32,000 bases of DNA from Planctomycetales bacterium (lineage in GTDB: Bacteria > 4484-113 > JAFGCY01), in contig CP060262.1 of NCBI GenBank assembly GCA_022646745.1, positions 30,001 through 62,000 on the forward strand, given 5' to 3'. The notes beneath the pieces are model-generated. The model saw only the letters and a program-made list of their open reading frames with translations. It searched no databases and was not told where the DNA came from. A program made the position numbers and the translations under genes. Below are positions 24,030 to 32,000 of the stretch, piece by piece. Each line of letters begins with the position of its first letter. Positions within the stretch are counted from its first letter, which is position 1.

Positions 24030-24872
24030 TTAGCGTGAAGAGATGCGGTTATCCCCGCGAATCGCCGCCAGCCAGCCTCCCCGCGGCTGCAGCGGCATCT
24101 CCGGCTCGTAGGCTTCAGCCCAGGGACTGGGCAGCAGTCCGTCCACCAGGCCATCCACGAAGCTCGTGCCGACCAGGTCATACAGGAAGCCGTCATGCGG
24201 GCGTACCAGGTTGTCCGGATTCACCTTGAACTCGCCGAAGCGGAAGTCACCCGCCACATTGATCCCCTCCAGCCATTCCAGTGCGCGGCGCTGGCTGTCC
24301 GGTCCAACGATCTCGTCGCGTGCAATGCGCCCGACCAGGATCCGGCTGCGGCCGCGCTCGCTGAAGTGCGCCAGCTGCTCCATCTGGCTGCGGGTGCGCT
24401 CCGTGTCAAACATCCGCTGCAGGTAGTCAACCTCGCTGCGGCTGAGCACGATGTCCTGCGGCCGGGTTGTGCCGGCGAAGCTGGAGCCGATCGTCACCAG
24501 GCAGAGGTACTCCGGCGCGGCCTGCGGCACCAGCTTGGAGAGTTCCGTGATCACGTCCAGCGCCACGATCCCGCCGAAGCTGAAGCCGATGATCACCACA
24601 TTGCTGATCTCCGGTGAGATGTTGCGCAGCACCGTGCGGCACAGCGAGCGCATGTATGAGGAGTAGTTCGCGCTCTGCCCGAGCAGGATCTCCACCATGT
24701 CCGCCGGCTGCGAGAGGTGCAGCACATGCAGGTCAGGGCGGCGCTGGCGCAGGTGCGAGACGTACCATTGCCAGGAAATGTCCGGCGTCATGCTGCGCCA
24801 GGTCGCGCTGAAGATGCCGTCAACACAGACGACGAGGTCAGTCCCGGCTTGCCACTCGCTTGCGGCTCGCAT
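24030..24872 (-). CDS. Alpha/beta-fold hydrolase (lipase/esterase-like)
   Basis: The ORF track extends to 25043, overlapping ndk. ATG 24872 follows a GGAG about 9 nt upstream. The nucleophile-elbow motif is VVIIGFSFGG (GxSxG). Confidence 0.68.
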   Translation of the reverse strand: MRAASEWQAGTDLVVCVDGIFSATWRSMTPDISWQWYVSHLRQRRPDLHVLHLSQPADMVEILLGQSANYSSYMRSLCRTVLRNISPEISNVVIIGFSFGGIVALDVITELSKLVPQAAPEYLCLVTIGSSFAGTTRPQDIVLSRSEVDYLQRMFDTERTRSQMEQLAHFSERGRSRILVGRIARDEIVGPDSQRRALEWLEGINVAGDFRFGEFKVNPDNLVRPHDGFLYDLVGTSFVDGLVDGLLPSPWAEAYEPEMPLQPRGGWLAAIRGDNRISSR

Positions 24873-24897
24873 CACGGCTCCACTGGCCGCAGGTTGA

Positions 24898-25353
24898 TCA
24901 GCCCACCAGCCACTTGTCGGAGTCGCGCTCGTAGCCCACGATCTCCGCATCAGTGAAGTATACGCCGATCTCGAAGGCGGCGTTCTCATTGCTGTCGGAG
25001 GCATGCACCAGGTTGTTGGAGATGTCGAGGCCGAAGTCGCCACGGATCGTGCCGGGTGCAGCCTCGTTCGGACGGGTCGCGCCGACGATGCTGCGCACCT
25101 GGGTGATCACGTCCGGACCTTCCAGCACCATCGCCACCACCGGGCTGGAGCGGATGTACTGCACGAGCCCCTCGTAGAAGGGCTTGCCCTCATGCACGGC
25201 GTAATGCCGGCTGGCCTGTTCCTGGCTGACGCTGATCAGCTTCATCGCAGCCACGCGGAAGCCCTTGCGCTCGAAGCGGGCCAGGATCTCGCCGGCCAGG
25301 CCGCGCTGGACGGTGTCAGGTTTGAGCATCACGAATGTACGTTCCCACGCCAT
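24898..25353 (-). CDS. ndk: Nucleoside diphosphate kinase
   Basis: ORF track gives 151 aa. The protein shows ERTFVMLKPDTVQRGLAGEILARFERKGF, GATRPNEAAPGTIRGDFG and NLVHASDS. ACGGAGAA lies 6 nt upstream of the ATG. Confidence 0.96.
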   Translation of the reverse strand: MAWERTFVMLKPDTVQRGLAGEILARFERKGFRVAAMKLISVSQEQASRHYAVHEGKPFYEGLVQYIRSSPVVAMVLEGPDVITQVRSIVGATRPNEAAPGTIRGDFGLDISNNLVHASDSNENAAFEIGVYFTDAEIVGYERDSDKWLVG

Positions 25354-25537
25354 GGTTGGTTCTCCGTTTCCCGCACGGCGGGATGTAGTGCTAGATGATT
25401 CGCGCGAATATTAGTATGCGCCGCCGCCCCGGTCAAGCCATGCGCCAGCGGCTGGCCCTGTGGTCCCAATTGCTATATTCAAAAACAAACCATACGGTCG
25501 AAGTGCTGAAAAATCGGCATAGTCCACCTCGTTTTTC

Positions 25538-25567
25538 CTGACACAAACGCGTGGATGCTGATAGAAT
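25538..25567 (+). promoter_or_regulatory. Candidate sigma70-type promoter for pyrG
   Basis: The layout is CTGACA (25538-25543), an 18-nt spacer, then TAGAAT (25562-25567). It lies about 67 nt upstream of the pyrG ATG. Confidence 0.35.
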
Positions 25568-25634
25568 GGTGTCCCGTGATGCAGAAAGCCCGCCAGGGCG
25601 TACGGTCGCAAGAGGAAAAAGGAAGGATAGTCCC

Positions 25635-27257
25635 ATGTCCAAGTATGTATTCATCACGGGTGGAAACGTGTCCAGCATCGGCAAGGGCATCATCTCCGCA
25701 TCGCTCGGCCTTCTCCTGAAGGGCCAGGGCTACCGGGTCAGCATCATGAAGTTTGACCCCTACCTCAATGTGGACGCAGGCACGATGAACCCGATCCAGC
25801 ACGGCGAGGTGTTCGTCACTGATGACGGCGCCGAGACCGACCTGGACCTCGGGCACTATGAGCGCTTCATCGACGAGGACCTCACACGCTACAACAACGT
25901 CACCACCGGCCAGGTCTACAGCGCGGTGATTGCCAAGGAGCGCGAGGGCGAGTACCTCGGCCGCTGCGTACAGGTGATCCCGCACATTACTGACGAGATC
26001 AACAACCGCCTGCGCCAGGTCGCCAGCAAGACCAAGAGCGAGATCCTGCTCTGCGAGGTAGGTGGCACCGTCGGCGACATCGAGAGCCAGCCCTACCTGG
26101 AGGCGATCCGCCAGTTCCGCCACAAGGTCGGTTTTGACAACTGCGTGCACATCCACGTCACGCTGATCCCGCACCTCGCCGCCGCCGGTGAGCTGAAGAC
26201 GAAGCTCACCCAGCACAGTGTCAGCGAACTGCGCGGGCTGGGTATCAAGCCGGACATCATCGTCTGCCGCACCACCCGCCCGCTGACGAAGGAAGCCCGC
26301 AGCAAGGTCTCGCTGTTCTGCGACGTGCCGATGGAGCAGGTGATCGAGGGCCTCGACGCCGAAAGCATCTACGACGTGCCGATCATGCTGCAGGGCCAGA
26401 ACTTCGGCCGCGTCTGCACGAACCTGCTCGGCCTGGAAAGCCGCAAGCCGGACCTCACCGAATGGGAGCGCATGCTGGAGAAGCTGCATTCCAGCAACAA
26501 GAGCGTGCGCATCGCCGTCGTCGGCAAGTACAACGCGCTGAAGGATGCCTACATCTCCATCCTCGAATGTGTCAACCACGCCGCGACGCACAACCGCTCG
26601 CTCGTGGAATTCGTCTGGATCGACGCCGAGCGCCTGACCCGCGAGACCGTGGAGCGCCGCCTGCGCAAGGTGGACGGCCTGCTCGTGCCCTACGGCTTCG
26701 GCTACCGCGGCATGGAGGGCAAGATCGAGGCAATCCGCTACGCCCGCGAGAACAAGCTGCCCTTCCTCGGGCTGTGCGTCGGTCTGCAGACCGCGGTGAT
26801 CGAGTTCGCGCGCAATGTCTGCGGCCTGGCCGGTGCCAACAGCACCGAGTTCGACCCGGACACCCCGCATCCCGTGATTGACATCATGGACGACCAGAAG
26901 GACATCGAGAATCTCGGCGGCACCATGCGGCTCGGAGCCTACCCCTGCAAGCTGGCCAAGGGCACGCTGGCGGCGGAGGCCTATGGCACCTCGCGCATCA
27001 GCGAGCGCCACCGCCACCGCTGGGAGGTCAACCCGAAGTACCACAAGCAGCTGGAGAAGGCCGGCCTGAAGTTCAGCGGCACTTCGCCGGATGGCAAGCT
27101 GGTGGAGATCGTCGAGCTGGAGGACCACCCCTTCTTCCTCGCCGTGCAGTACCACCCCGAGTACAAGGGCCGCCCGACCCGCCCGCACCCGCTGTTCGCG
27201 AAGTTCGTGGAGAAGATGCTGGCAACGCGTGCGAGTGAACTCGAGGAAGTGGCTTAA
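25635..27257 (+). CDS. pyrG: CTP synthase
   Basis: The ORF track starts at 25551. ATG 25635 follows AGGAAAAAGGAAGG and gives the canonical N-terminus MSKYVFITGGNVSSIGKGI. The GATase motif is LPFLGLCVGLQ, and YHPEYKGRPTRPHPLF is also present. Confidence 0.96.
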   Translation: MSKYVFITGGNVSSIGKGIISASLGLLLKGQGYRVSIMKFDPYLNVDAGTMNPIQHGEVFVTDDGAETDLDLGHYERFIDEDLTRYNNVTTGQVYSAVIAKEREGEYLGRCVQVIPHITDEINNRLRQVASKTKSEILLCEVGGTVGDIESQPYLEAIRQFRHKVGFDNCVHIHVTLIPHLAAAGELKTKLTQHSVSELRGLGIKPDIIVCRTTRPLTKEARSKVSLFCDVPMEQVIEGLDAESIYDVPIMLQGQNFGRVCTNLLGLESRKPDLTEWERMLEKLHSSNKSVRIAVVGKYNALKDAYISILECVNHAATHNRSLVEFVWIDAERLTRETVERRLRKVDGLLVPYGFGYRGMEGKIEAIRYARENKLPFLGLCVGLQTAVIEFARNVCGLAGANSTEFDPDTPHPVIDIMDDQKDIENLGGTMRLGAYPCKLAKGTLAAEAYGTSRISERHRHRWEVNPKYHKQLEKAGLKFSGTSPDGKLVEIVELEDHPFFLAVQYHPEYKGRPTRPHPLFAKFVEKMLATRASELEEVA

Positions 27258-27310
27258 GAGTCACAGAGTCAATAAGTCACTGAGTCAATTGACTTCTTGA
27301 CTGATTGACT
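27258..27310. repeat. Second copy of the 8-bp GTCA/TGACT inverted array, between convergent pyrG and the GT2 gene
   Basis: GTCA occurs at 27260, 27268, 27276 and 27284. TTGACT occurs at 27289, 27297 and 27305. The perfect palindrome AGTCAATTGACT spans 27283-27294. The element starts immediately after the pyrG TAA. Confidence 0.85.
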
Positions 27311-27320
27311 GCCTGGCTTC

Positions 27321-28262
27321 CTACACATCATCCCGGCCCATCGCCACATGCATGTAGGCCTCGCGCAGCAACTTGCTGCCGCCGAACTGCATCCGCAGGC
27401 CGCGCATCAGCCACCAGAAGCGTGCACCGCGCAGGCCGTGCAGCTGGTCGCGGTTGGCAAGCACGAACCTCAGCTGGTTGAGCAGCAGGTAGTCCAGCTT
27501 GGCAGCGCCGACCTTGCGGTCGATGCTCACGCTGTGGCGGTGCAGGCAGAGCGCTCGCGGTACTGCAGCGCATTGCCAGCCGCGCCGCTTCGCTTCATAG
27601 CCAAGCCCGACATCCTCCCAGTAGAAGGGCCGGTAGCGCGTATCGAAGCCGCCGAGATCGAGGAAACGCCTGCGGCTGCACACGAACAGCGCGCCGCAGA
27701 GGATCGACTGGACCGGTTCGCGCCCTTCCATCAGGTCCGCCAGGCGGAAGGCCGGATTGCCACTCTGCTCCAGCAGCTCGCGCACCAGCTGCGTGTACTC
27801 GAACTCCTGGGACATGTCGGCGTTCCAGGCCAGCCCGCGCCGCACCATCAGGTACTGCAGGTTCTCCACCTTCATGAAGTTCGTGTTCCAGATCAGTGGC
27901 ATCACCGCGAACAGTTCCGGGTTCGTGCGCAGCTCATCCAGCAGGATGCCGAAAGGGTCGGCCGGCAGCTCGATGTCCGTGTTGACAATCGCGATGTGCT
28001 CGCCGTCCGCCTCCTGCACACCGGCGTTGACATTCCCGCCGAAGCCGAGGTTGCGCCGGCCCTCGCGATAGCTGAACTGCGGGTAGCTCAGCCGCAGCTC
28101 CGGCACCGTGCCATCGGTGCTGGCGTCATCGGAAATGACAACCTGCATCCCGCCCGGGAAGTCCGGCTGGATCGCTGACAATGCGGTCAGCAGCGGCTCG
28201 ATGGTGCCCAGCGCGTTGTAGCTGGGGATCACCACGCTCAGCCTGTGGGCCGCTGTACTCAT
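27321..28262 (-). CDS. Family 2 glycosyltransferase
   Basis: ORF track gives 313 aa. VVIPSYN and VVISDDASTDGT are GT2 hallmarks. Its start overlaps the upstream stop by 4 nt. Confidence 0.85.
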   Translation of the reverse strand: MSTAAHRLSVVIPSYNALGTIEPLLTALSAIQPDFPGGMQVVISDDASTDGTVPELRLSYPQFSYREGRRNLGFGGNVNAGVQEADGEHIAIVNTDIELPADPFGILLDELRTNPELFAVMPLIWNTNFMKVENLQYLMVRRGLAWNADMSQEFEYTQLVRELLEQSGNPAFRLADLMEGREPVQSILCGALFVCSRRRFLDLGGFDTRYRPFYWEDVGLGYEAKRRGWQCAAVPRALCLHRHSVSIDRKVGAAKLDYLLLNQLRFVLANRDQLHGLRGARFWWLMRGLRMQFGGSKLLREAYMHVAMGRDDV

Positions 28263-29107
28263 CCCATTGCCTTGAACTTGACCTCGAGGCTGTCCCCGCC
28301 GAGCGTCAGCATCGCGGCGCGCCCGTCCACCAGTGCCCCCGGGTTGACGAACACCGTGCCGCCCTGCTGCTCCATGCCGTGTGCGTCATGCACATGCCCG
28401 CTGATCACGAGCATCGGCTTGTCATGCTGCTCGTCATACAGCTGCCGCAGGGAGCGGCTGCCGAGCCGCCGGCCGTCCGCCAGCTTGTCGAGGATCCCCT
28501 CCAGCGGGTTGTGCAGCACCCAGATGTCCGCGGGCAGCATGCTGGCCAGCGCGTCGGCAAAACCCTCATCCGGGAACTCGAATGGCGACGAGCCACTCGG
28601 GGTGGTGATGCTGGTGCCCAGCCCGGCGAAGCTGTAGCCGCCCACGAAGGCATTCGACTTGTGGATGCTCTTCAGGCCGTCGTAGCTCTCCTCCTCGAAG
28701 GTGATCAGCGACTGGCGCGGGTCATGGTTGCCGGGGATCACGAACACATGGCTCGCCAGCGTGCGCAGCGAGGCGCAGATCTCACGGATGTACTCCAGCG
28801 GCTCGCCGTTGACGAAGTCACCGAGGAAGACGATCAGGTCGGGCTGCTGCTGCTCCGCCAGTTTGTAGAACCAGCGCATCGCGCGCTGGTGGTTGTGCAG
28901 GTCGCCACCGACGAGCATCCGCAGGCTGCGGTTGCGGCGCAGGGCATGCATGTCGGCGAGGTAGCTCGGCTGGCGGCTGAGTTCCACCTCAAGCGGCTCA
29001 CCCTTGCGGCCGTTGCCATTCCCGTTTCCCTGTCCGTTGCCGTTGCCATTGCCGCCCTGCCCACCGGGCTCCTGCGGCTGGTCGTCGTGCTCGTCCTCAT
29101 TTCCCAT
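28259..29107 (-). CDS. Calcineurin-like metallophosphoesterase with N-terminal Gly/Asn low-complexity tail
   Basis: ORF track gives 282 aa. The protein shows LVGGDLHN, FLGDFVNG, VIPGNHD and ISGHVHDAHG. The N-terminal tract is GNGNGNGQGNGNGNG. The start is uncertain; an internal ATG at MHALRRN is possible. Confidence 0.78.
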   Translation of the reverse strand: MGNEDEHDDQPQEPGGQGGNGNGNGQGNGNGNGRKGEPLEVELSRQPSYLADMHALRRNRSLRMLVGGDLHNHQRAMRWFYKLAEQQQPDLIVFLGDFVNGEPLEYIREICASLRTLASHVFVIPGNHDPRQSLITFEEESYDGLKSIHKSNAFVGGYSFAGLGTSITTPSGSSPFEFPDEGFADALASMLPADIWVLHNPLEGILDKLADGRRLGSRSLRQLYDEQHDKPMLVISGHVHDAHGMEQQGGTVFVNPGALVDGRAAMLTLGGDSLEVKFKAMG

Positions 29108-29146
29108 CAGCGCTAGTGTAATGCAGGATCAGGCCTGCACGCCGGA

Positions 29147-30136
29147 TCAGGCCTTCAGTTTGCCCGTCGCCCAGTGGCGCAGTGCATCCTCGGAGGCGAA
29201 ACCCGACACATCGCGGCCGCTCTCCTTCAGGGCATCCAGCAGCGCGCGGCATACACTTCCCTCGTCCAGCTTCGATTCGGCCAGTGAGCCCTCCAGCCAC
29301 TTGCGCTGGTCGCGGTACAGCGACAGGCTGCTGCGGTCCAGCGAACGCGCCGGACCGGGGGCCGCCACCGGCACACCGGATGGGCTGGCCTCAAGGTCGC
29401 CACCGTGCTCTTTGCGCTGCTCCTTGCAGAGGTCCATCTGGTTGCGCGCATTGCGCAGGATCTCGGATGAACAGGCACGGTCGCTAACGAGGCGCATGAA
29501 CCACTGCAGTGACTCCTCAAAGCGGCCCTGCTCGCGCAGCAGTTCGGCGACGATCAGCGCCACGCCGTGGCTGCCAAGCTTGAGCTTCGAGACATCTTCC
29601 TTCTGGAAGGCGTGCATGTACTTCTCAAGTGCGATCCGCCTGAGCACCTTCGCCCGTGACAGTGCACTCGGGTTGGCCTCCAGCTCATGCCATTCGAGGT
29701 TCAACCACGAGCCGCGCAACGCCAGGCCGGCGATCTCATACTGCGGCACCCGCAGGCATTCATTTACCGCCACCGCCATCTCATAGCTGCGCGCCGCCTG
29801 CTGCACCGTGCGTAGCCCGCTGAAGTCCTCCCGCAGCCCGCCGCTGAGCTTGGCCGCCAGGCCCTCGCGGTCGCGGAACAGCACGGAGTGGTTGCGCTTG
29901 TACTGCGGCTCCTCCGCTGCGAAGCCGAAGGGGCTGACGATGATTGCGTAATGCAGCGGGTTGACACCCTTGTAGTGCGGGCGGAAATCCGGGTCGCGGC
30001 CCTCGAGGCTGTATGCGCGAGACTTCACCACCACGGCCTGGAACGGCAGTTCGCTGACCGGGCAGGTGTATTCCTTCACATAGTATTCAGACGGCAGCTT
30101 CAGTCTGCTGTCCGCCACGGTTGTGACTCGGTGCAA
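29147..30136 (-). CDS. DUF2225-like protein (Zn-ribbon cysteines largely lost)
   Basis: ORF track gives 329 aa. TTG start 30136 lies 6 nt downstream of AAGGAAGG. YTCPVSELPF..DPDFRPHYKGVNPLHYAIIVSPFGFA matches the DUF2225 N-terminal pattern (CPxC...Y.G.NP..Y...CPxCGYA, recalled from memory). The TPR-like tail is ALIVAELLREQGRFEESLQWFMRLV. Confidence 0.62.
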   Translation of the reverse strand: MHRVTTVADSRLKLPSEYYVKEYTCPVSELPFQAVVVKSRAYSLEGRDPDFRPHYKGVNPLHYAIIVSPFGFAAEEPQYKRNHSVLFRDREGLAAKLSGGLREDFSGLRTVQQAARSYEMAVAVNECLRVPQYEIAGLALRGSWLNLEWHELEANPSALSRAKVLRRIALEKYMHAFQKEDVSKLKLGSHGVALIVAELLREQGRFEESLQWFMRLVSDRACSSEILRNARNQMDLCKEQRKEHGGDLEASPSGVPVAAPGPARSLDRSSLSLYRDQRKWLEGSLAESKLDEGSVCRALLDALKESGRDVSGFASEDALRHWATGKLKA

Positions 30137-30174
30137 AGTGACCTTCCTTGCTCACCTCTGGGAAAAAGTATAAC

Positions 30175-30203
30175 GGGACAGCACAGCCCGCATGATTTAG
30201 AAT
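30175..30203 (+). promoter_or_regulatory. Candidate promoter placed so that the amidohydrolase mRNA would be leaderless or nearly so
   Basis: The layout is GGGACA (30175-30180), a 17-nt spacer, then TAGAAT (30198-30203). The -10 element ends 6 nt before ATG 30210, and there is no clear SD. Confidence 0.3.
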
Positions 30204-30209
30204 TGGTGA

Positions 30210-31487
30210 ATGCCAGTACATCTGATCAATGCTGAAGTCTACGTCGGCCGCGGGAAATTTGACAAGCGGTCCAATGTTGCCATTTCCGGCGGGAAGATCA
30301 AGTCCGTCGGCACGGCCGCCCCGCCGCGCGGGGGAAAGCGCGTCAGTTTCGGCGACCTGCACGAGCAGTACCTCGACTGGACCCAGGGCCCGCTGACCGA
30401 GGTCGGCAAGCGCCCGGTGCCGAAGGATGCCGGCAACCTCGTCGTCGACTGCAGCGGGCTGCGGATCTACCCTGGCATGATCGAGCCGCATTGCCACATC
30501 ACCTGCTTCGAGGATGGCGCCGGCCCCGTCGGCTCGCAGGGCAATGACACCTCCGACCCGAACACCGCGCACCTCGACATCAAGGACAGCATGTGGCCGG
30601 AGGACCTAGCGGTGCCGGATGCGCGCCAGGCGGGCATCACCACCGCCGCCGTGTTCCCGGGCAGTGCCAACCTGATCGGCGGCATGATCGTGGTTGCCAA
30701 GATGTACGGCCGCACCGTGGACGAGATGGTGATCGTCGAGAAGCAGGGCCTGAAGATGGCGCTCGGCGAGAACCCGATGCGGGTCTACGGCCAGGGCCAG
30801 AACCGCTTCCCGAAGACCCGCTTCGGCAACGCGGCCGGCATCCGCACAGCGCTTGATGAAGCGCTGCACTACGGTGCGACGCTGGATGCCTGGAAGAAGA
30901 AGAGCAAGGCCGAGCAGGCAAAGAGCCCGTTCAAGCGTGACCGCAAGCTGGAGAACATCCTCGGCGCGCTGCGCGGTGAGTACCCGGTGCGCTGCCATGC
31001 GCACCGCGTTGACGACATCTACACCGCGATCCGGCTGAGCAAGGAGTACGGCTTCGAGCTGGTGCTGGAGCACATGACCGAGGCCTACAAGATCGCCGAG
31101 TACATCGGCCGCGAGAAGATCAAGGGCACGCTCGGGCCCTACCTCACATCACGCGTGAAGTATGAGCTGCGCGAGCGCAGCACCAGGAGCGGCGGGATCC
31201 TCGATGACAACGGCATCCTTTTCGCCTTCCAGACGGACCATCCCGTGCTGCCGATCCAGACCCTGCCGCTGGCGGCCGCCTGGGCCGTGAAGGACGGGAT
31301 GGACGAGGCGGCGGCCGTTGACAGCATCACGATCAACGCGGCGAAGGTGCTCGGCATCGACAAGCGCACCGGCAGTATCGCCGCGCGCAAGGATGCCGAC
31401 CTGTTCATCACGGATGGCGACCTGCTGGACACGAGGCACCACGTGCTGGCCACCTTCATCGACGGCTTCTGCGTCCACGCTGTGTAG
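30210..31487 (+). CDS. Metal-dependent amidohydrolase family protein
   Basis: ORF track gives 425 aa. PGMIEPHCHI is the HxH metal motif. The C-terminus IAARKDADLFITDGD is typical of the amidohydrolase superfamily. Confidence 0.82.
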   Translation: MPVHLINAEVYVGRGKFDKRSNVAISGGKIKSVGTAAPPRGGKRVSFGDLHEQYLDWTQGPLTEVGKRPVPKDAGNLVVDCSGLRIYPGMIEPHCHITCFEDGAGPVGSQGNDTSDPNTAHLDIKDSMWPEDLAVPDARQAGITTAAVFPGSANLIGGMIVVAKMYGRTVDEMVIVEKQGLKMALGENPMRVYGQGQNRFPKTRFGNAAGIRTALDEALHYGATLDAWKKKSKAEQAKSPFKRDRKLENILGALRGEYPVRCHAHRVDDIYTAIRLSKEYGFELVLEHMTEAYKIAEYIGREKIKGTLGPYLTSRVKYELRERSTRSGGILDDNGILFAFQTDHPVLPIQTLPLAAAWAVKDGMDEAAAVDSITINAAKVLGIDKRTGSIAARKDADLFITDGDLLDTRHHVLATFIDGFCVHAV

Positions 31488-31740
31488 GAGGTCCGGCGAA
31501 GCTGTGTTACGGAGGCCAGGCTGTAAGCCTGGCTCGGGGGTCCGGCGCAAGCCGGGCTAGCAAGTGATGAGCAAGTAAGAATGAGCAATGAGCCTGACAA
31601 AGGTCCTTGATTACCACGACCTGCGACACGCTCATTGCTCATTGCTCCTCGCTCAGTCTTCATTGCTGAGCGAAGCTGTGCTACGGAGGCCAAGCTGTAA
31701 GCTTGGCGACTGCCAGGCAAACTGCCTGGCCTCCTGCACG
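31485..31740. repeat. Composite repeat region: REP-like units, 38-bp direct repeats, and an inverted AATGAGC/GCTCATT 7-bp array
   Basis: It starts with TAG GAGGTCCGGCG at the amidohydrolase stop. DR1 is 31496-31533 and DR2 is 31670-31707. The 7-mer arms are 31559-31593 and 31630-31671, with a 14-bp perfect core aatgagcaatgagc / gctcattgctcatt. A hairpin GCCAGGCA-AAC-TGCCTGGC lies at about 31712-31730. Confidence 0.85.
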
Positions 31741-31748
31741 TCACGCCT

Positions 31749-32000
31749 CTAATGCGTGCGGCTCAGGCGTGCCGGCAGGCTCAGCTTCAGCACCGCCATC
31801 ACCATAAGCAGGATCACTCCCAGCACCAGCAGGTTGCCAAGCCAGGACAGCATGATCGCGCTGCCTGTGCAGGGGAACAGCACGAGGCTCGAGTCGCTGT
31901 ACAGCACGAGGTGCTCGCGGAAGCGCAGTGCTTGCTCACCTTCGATCATGGAGGCCTTGACCTGGAACACCGGCCCGGCGATGCCGTAGTACATGTAGCG
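31749..32000 (-). CDS. C-terminal part of a membrane protein (5' end outside window)
   Basis: The ORF track lists 81 aa from ATG 31994, but the frame stays open to position 32000. The hydrophobic tail is IMLSWLGNLLVLGVILLMVMAVL. I recognise no family. Confidence 0.4.
   Translation of the reverse strand, partial: RYMYYGIAGPVFQVKASMIEGEQALRFREHLVLYSDSSLVLFPCTGSAIMLSWLGNLLVLGVILLMVMAVLKLSLPARLSRTH

Noticed and set aside
24873-25043. An N-terminal extension of the alpha/beta hydrolase ORF that overlaps ndk by 146 nt.
   Set aside because: The extension (MATSASTSPTTWCMPPTAMR...) is the off-frame of the ndk 3' end. ATG 24872, with an upstream GGAG, gives a clean 25-nt intergenic gap.
25479-27188. 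A 569-aa ORF antisense to pyrG.
   Set aside because: It is a high-GC mirror-frame artefact. The opposite strand encodes a canonical CTP synthase.
29126-29153. The direct repeat GGATCAGGCCT, present twice between the metallophosphoesterase start and the DUF2225-like stop.
   Set aside because: There are only two 11-bp copies, one of them partly coding. That is too short to distinguish from chance, and no structure or known motif is attached to it.

Overview
This is a high-GC bacterial chromosomal window. Hand counts on sampled lines give about 65-68% GC in most genes, with some clearly lower islands. Signal peptides and lipoboxes are diderm-type. The lineage cannot be fixed from sequence alone; a PVC-like organism is only a guess. 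I recognised no rRNA, tRNA, CRISPR array, transposase or integrase. The recognisable housekeeping genes are asnS, a yacL-like PIN/TRAM gene, an ispD-like gene, an IspF-like::RNase HI fusion, ppk1, an alpha/beta hydrolase, ndk, pyrG, a GT2 glycosyltransferase, a metallophosphoesterase, a DUF2225-like gene and an amidohydrolase. The accessory-looking first 17 kb is dominated by two minus-strand paralog arrays. The first is seven FG-GAP/VCBS-like beta-propeller (lipo)proteins: six in tandem, three of them joined by GTGA start/stop overlaps, plus one on the far side of asnS. The second is an operon of four small secreted or anchored paralogs with a conserved C-terminal module (FYxNPY..PFGW..AVGNFSY..WGPD..DxDGDGxPDG) that looks GspG-pseudopilin-like or FG-GAP-like, followed by a small lipoprotein. 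Intergenic DNA is unusually structured. REP-like GC hairpin units start exactly at TAG stop codons of three genes, and inverted arrays of 7-8 bp word repeats recur at several loci. Most long antisense ORFs in the supplied track are GC-content artefacts.
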